A DNA stretch of 63,719 nucleotides, the filler included, from Albugo candida (Eukaryota), in NCBI GenBank assembly GCA_040437565.1. It is 16 parts of 16 records of this genome, joined end to end, with 100 filler letters (N's around TTAATTAATTAA, not from the genome) between each part and the next. Parts side by side here need not be neighbours in the genome. Positions count along the whole stretch, not along the records: positions 60,009 to 63,719 come from JBDOQK010000203.1; 15 more parts are not named here. The stretch is one strand, 5' to 3'. Positions 60,463-63,719 of this stretch are shown here, piece after piece. Position numbers and translations under genes: made by a program. Every line of letters starts with the position of its first letter. Position 1 is the first letter of the stretch. The notes beneath the pieces were generated by a model. It ran no database searches and was not told the DNA's origin. It was given only the letters and a program-made list of their open reading frames with translations.

Positions 60463-63400
60463 TTAAACAATTTCTCTTCTTTGATAAGGAATTACAACAA
60501 TGTAGTCGGGATGAATTTTTGGATTATATTTGTTATTGTATCTACAAGCAACTGCCACTTGCGAGTAAATTCGGTGAACAGGGAGAATACATTCAAAAGA
60601 GACCGGCTCGAACTCCCGTTTCCAATTGCATTCCATACCTTCATCATTGGACTTGTTCTGTTGATTATTACCTTGAACAAACCAGCGCACAAAACAATAG
60701 GTATGTGAAACCTGTTTGCCATCAATAACTATAGTACTAACGAAAAAGTATTGAATTTCACCAACATAGGCCGCACATTCACTAGTATTACCGATCTTGA
60801 AGAAAGCTTGGATGTATGCACCCTTAGCAGAAGCTGCACCAATACTGCTGTAGTGAGCATCAGATTGGAAAGAGAAAGATCTATGTATTTGATTAGGCAC
60901 AAAAACGCAGGGGAGACTGTTAGTGGCAGATGTAGAGGAATCAAATGACATAGATGAGTTGGACGACAGACTAGAAAAATCCATGAAAGAACCAGAGAAA
61001 CGAAAACGACCTGCGTAGCATATGCTATAGTATTCAACGAGAACTTGATGGTGTAAAGAATCCATGCAAAAAGGACCTTTGAAGACTGTTTCCTTGCCGC
61101 CTGGATTGCTATACAGAGGTTCGGCACCAGTAACATTATCATTACCTTTCGTGAATTGTATCGAGGAAAGATGGTAAAAGTTGATGCGAGATGTATAATT
61201 TGGAACCTCCGCGGGAAATTCTTTCTTGTTATCGGAACCAGTCATACCCTTTAGGATTGCAATTTGATCAGCAGACAAAACACCAGTACAAAGTTTTTCA
61301 ATCAATGTGGAAGAATGTGCAACCTCAAGAAAGTTCATCATATACGTTTTCTCGATGTCTTCTACGTGACCATTATTTCTAACCTGTTTGATACACTGAT
61401 TGAGCCGTTCGAAAGAGTATAAAGAAGTATTGTTGACATTTCCAGTAGCAACAATTTGATCGCAAAAGTGGAGGGCAAAGTGAAAATTTGGCTTCATGGT
61501 GTTCGGGTAAAGAATGTTGTATTCGACCAAAAATGACTTGTATATTTGGTGTGCTTCTTTTGCTTCGTTCCGACTTACAGATGGTGCCGAGATAATGCGG
61601 AAGAATTTTACAAACTTCAACCAGTTCAAGTAGTGTTTCTTTTGAAACTGATTGGGACGACCATTAGGGATAACAAAATGGGAAAGAACATATTCTGAAT
61701 ACAGTTGGGTCCAGCTTTGAAATTCAATACCTTTGCCATTAGAAAACCCATCACCGATTTTGGAAACAATTTTCTCTGCATTACTTGGTAAAATGATATC
61801 TTGGCTAATTTTTGACATGGCAGCGTAGTGTTTGGAATTAAAAAACTTGCAATCGTCAGATTTCCACATGTCATTCATTGACTTGGCAATTCCAAGTAAA
61901 CAGCAATGCAGTACATCAAACAGAGATTGCTTTAAAACATCACAGTTCTTGATTCGCCTTAATTCACTATATCTAATTCCGGTCACCTTTTCGTACAACT
62001 TTCTTCCTTGATCAGATTTAATAGACGACCACTTTGCTGCTTGTAAATCAACTAACTTCTTGTTGTCATTTCTATGGTCTTCGATATTATTAGCACAACT
62101 GAAATCAAGACGTTTGTATCCAGGAATTCTAGCAAAAGATCTGCGACAAAGAAAACAAGCTCTTGTACTCATATATGAAGTTAAACCAGCAACCTAAAAC
62201 AAACAAAATAATGTTAGAAAAAATCGTCTTTGGTTAAATTTTTGGTTAATATACTTGCCTTTCTTTGACTCGGTAAATCACAAGAAATACTGTAAAGAGC
62301 AGCAGAGACATAAACACCTTCAGGATTGTTGTACGTAGACATCTTGACACCACCAACAAGAGAGTTCAGTTCGGATACAAGGGGTGCGAGAGCTTTATGC
62401 ATGGCGTAATAAGGATGCTCTTTAGGACCGGGAAGTACTCCAATTAATACTGATTTCTGACGAACAACTCTATGATCATTTGAAAGATTCATTATAGTAG
62501 CATAGATACCGCCTGTACTTGAACTTCCATACTCGAATGTTTGCCACCAGTCAACATTTATAGTGATTAGCAAAGAGCGGCGATGGTTTACAAATTTACC
62601 GGTTCCAGTGACGTCTACGATATTGTGCCATAAGGTTCCATCACACGCATGATACATTTTGCTATCGTTGTTGTTGGTATAGGATCTAGTTCTCCATGCT
62701 TCGATACGCTCTTCAAAGTAGGGCTTTTGGAAAAGCAGGTAAATTGATCTTTTTAAGCTATGATACATGTACTTTTTTATAGGCTTAGCTGAATCTTGAC
62801 GAAAAAGAGGAGTTCCACAGACAGCATTGTTGTTCAATTCATCAATAAAGGTACAATATCTTGGAGGAGGAGGATTAACATCAGCATCGTTCATTGATAA
62901 CAAAAAGATTTCAAAGCATACTGAACATTGAACATAGACTCTAACACCTTTTGACAATGAGTTAAAGGCCGTACGCTTTTTTAAGGTGGAGATAGCAGCA
63001 GGTAAATCAACTTTAGTTAACTCTCTTAGGAATTGAATAAGGACTAAAACACCAGCATGAGGAAGTAAAGTGATTTGGAAGAGTACTACAAAAATTGACA
63101 TAAATAATGTAGCTGCATGCTGCTCTTGTTGCTCATCATTTACAGGTGCAGTAGTACTATCTATAAATTGTTATTGTTAATAAAAGTAATAAATTTTTAA
63201 ACAAAGAAAAATATCATACATACCATCATTATTTTCTTTTGGTTGATCAACATATGTCTCCATATCAACTCTATCAATTGGATCAATATCTTGACTCATT
63301 TCAGCCATGGATTGGATTATTTCTTGAATAGAGTAATCCTCAGTATTATTATAATTGGCTTCTTCTTCCTGAGCAAGAACTTCTTCTTCATCCTCCATGT

Positions 63401-63619
63401 CACTTATTTCAATATCAGAGTCAAATACATCATCTAATAAAAAAAAATTAATTTTTTTATGAAACATCGGGAAATAATGGGATGATTACCTTCATAAATT
63501 TGACGGCCTACAGAAATATTCTCATTATGATCATTGTGCATAAATTCTGCGGGAAGAGTAGTTTCAGCTATTTCGTTAAATTCTGACAACATGAGTTCTT
63601 CAGCCTCTTCAGGATCCAT
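60463..63619 (-). CDS. CACTA/EnSpm-type transposase of a second family, 4 exons (63619-63490, 63433-63224, 63160-62259, 62193-60463)
   Basis: CDGTLW, TINVDWWQ, STGGIYATIMNL, GVLPGPKE, PLVSEL, SCDLPSQRK|VAG, RACFLC, GIRYSEL, DVLHCCLLGIAK, KPNFHFALH, YSFERLN, YVGEIQYF, FVRWF, CILPVHRI. The third intron is GC-AG. Confidence 0.9.
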
Positions 63620-63719
63620 AGCAGATTCTATTTATTTTTAAAATGTAAGTAAATTTATATTTTACTATTATAATTTGATATTGAAAGCTTACCTAACACA
63701 TCATTTTCAGCTGCAACAG

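Noticed and set aside
12639-63719. Transposases, nucleases and metabolic genes read as one island or defence system
   Set aside because: They sit on separate size-sorted contigs that probably come from two organisms.

Overview
This window is not a contiguous locus. It is 16 short contigs (about 4.2 down to 3.7 kb, in strictly decreasing length) joined by 15 artificial 100-bp linkers (44N-TTAATTAATTAA-44N), i.e. an unplaced-contig pseudo-scaffold, so nothing can be inferred across linkers. The contigs appear to come from two eukaryotes. (1) Moderate-GC, intron-poor contigs of oomycete type (probably Albugo-like, by inference). These carry PHGDH/serA with an inverted duplicate, CCDC124, UXT, a disrupted PRORP, the 5' end of a PurD/GART gene with an extra PurH-like N-terminal domain, a probably secreted gluconolactonase-like protein, decayed Copia and Gypsy remnants, and decayed Cys-motif genes. 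(2) Very AT-rich, intron-rich contigs of Mucorales-fungus type (inference), almost all mobile or multicopy. These carry three CACTA/EnSpm-type transposases, a hAT transposase, a complete MULE with repeat-built TIRs and an OTU-protease fusion, and a head-to-tail array of PD-(D/E)XK nuclease-like units. The most unusual signal is a repeated LTR-like element holding two back-to-back tRNA-like modules (16881-17042). All family calls come from motif recognition by eye; no searches were run.
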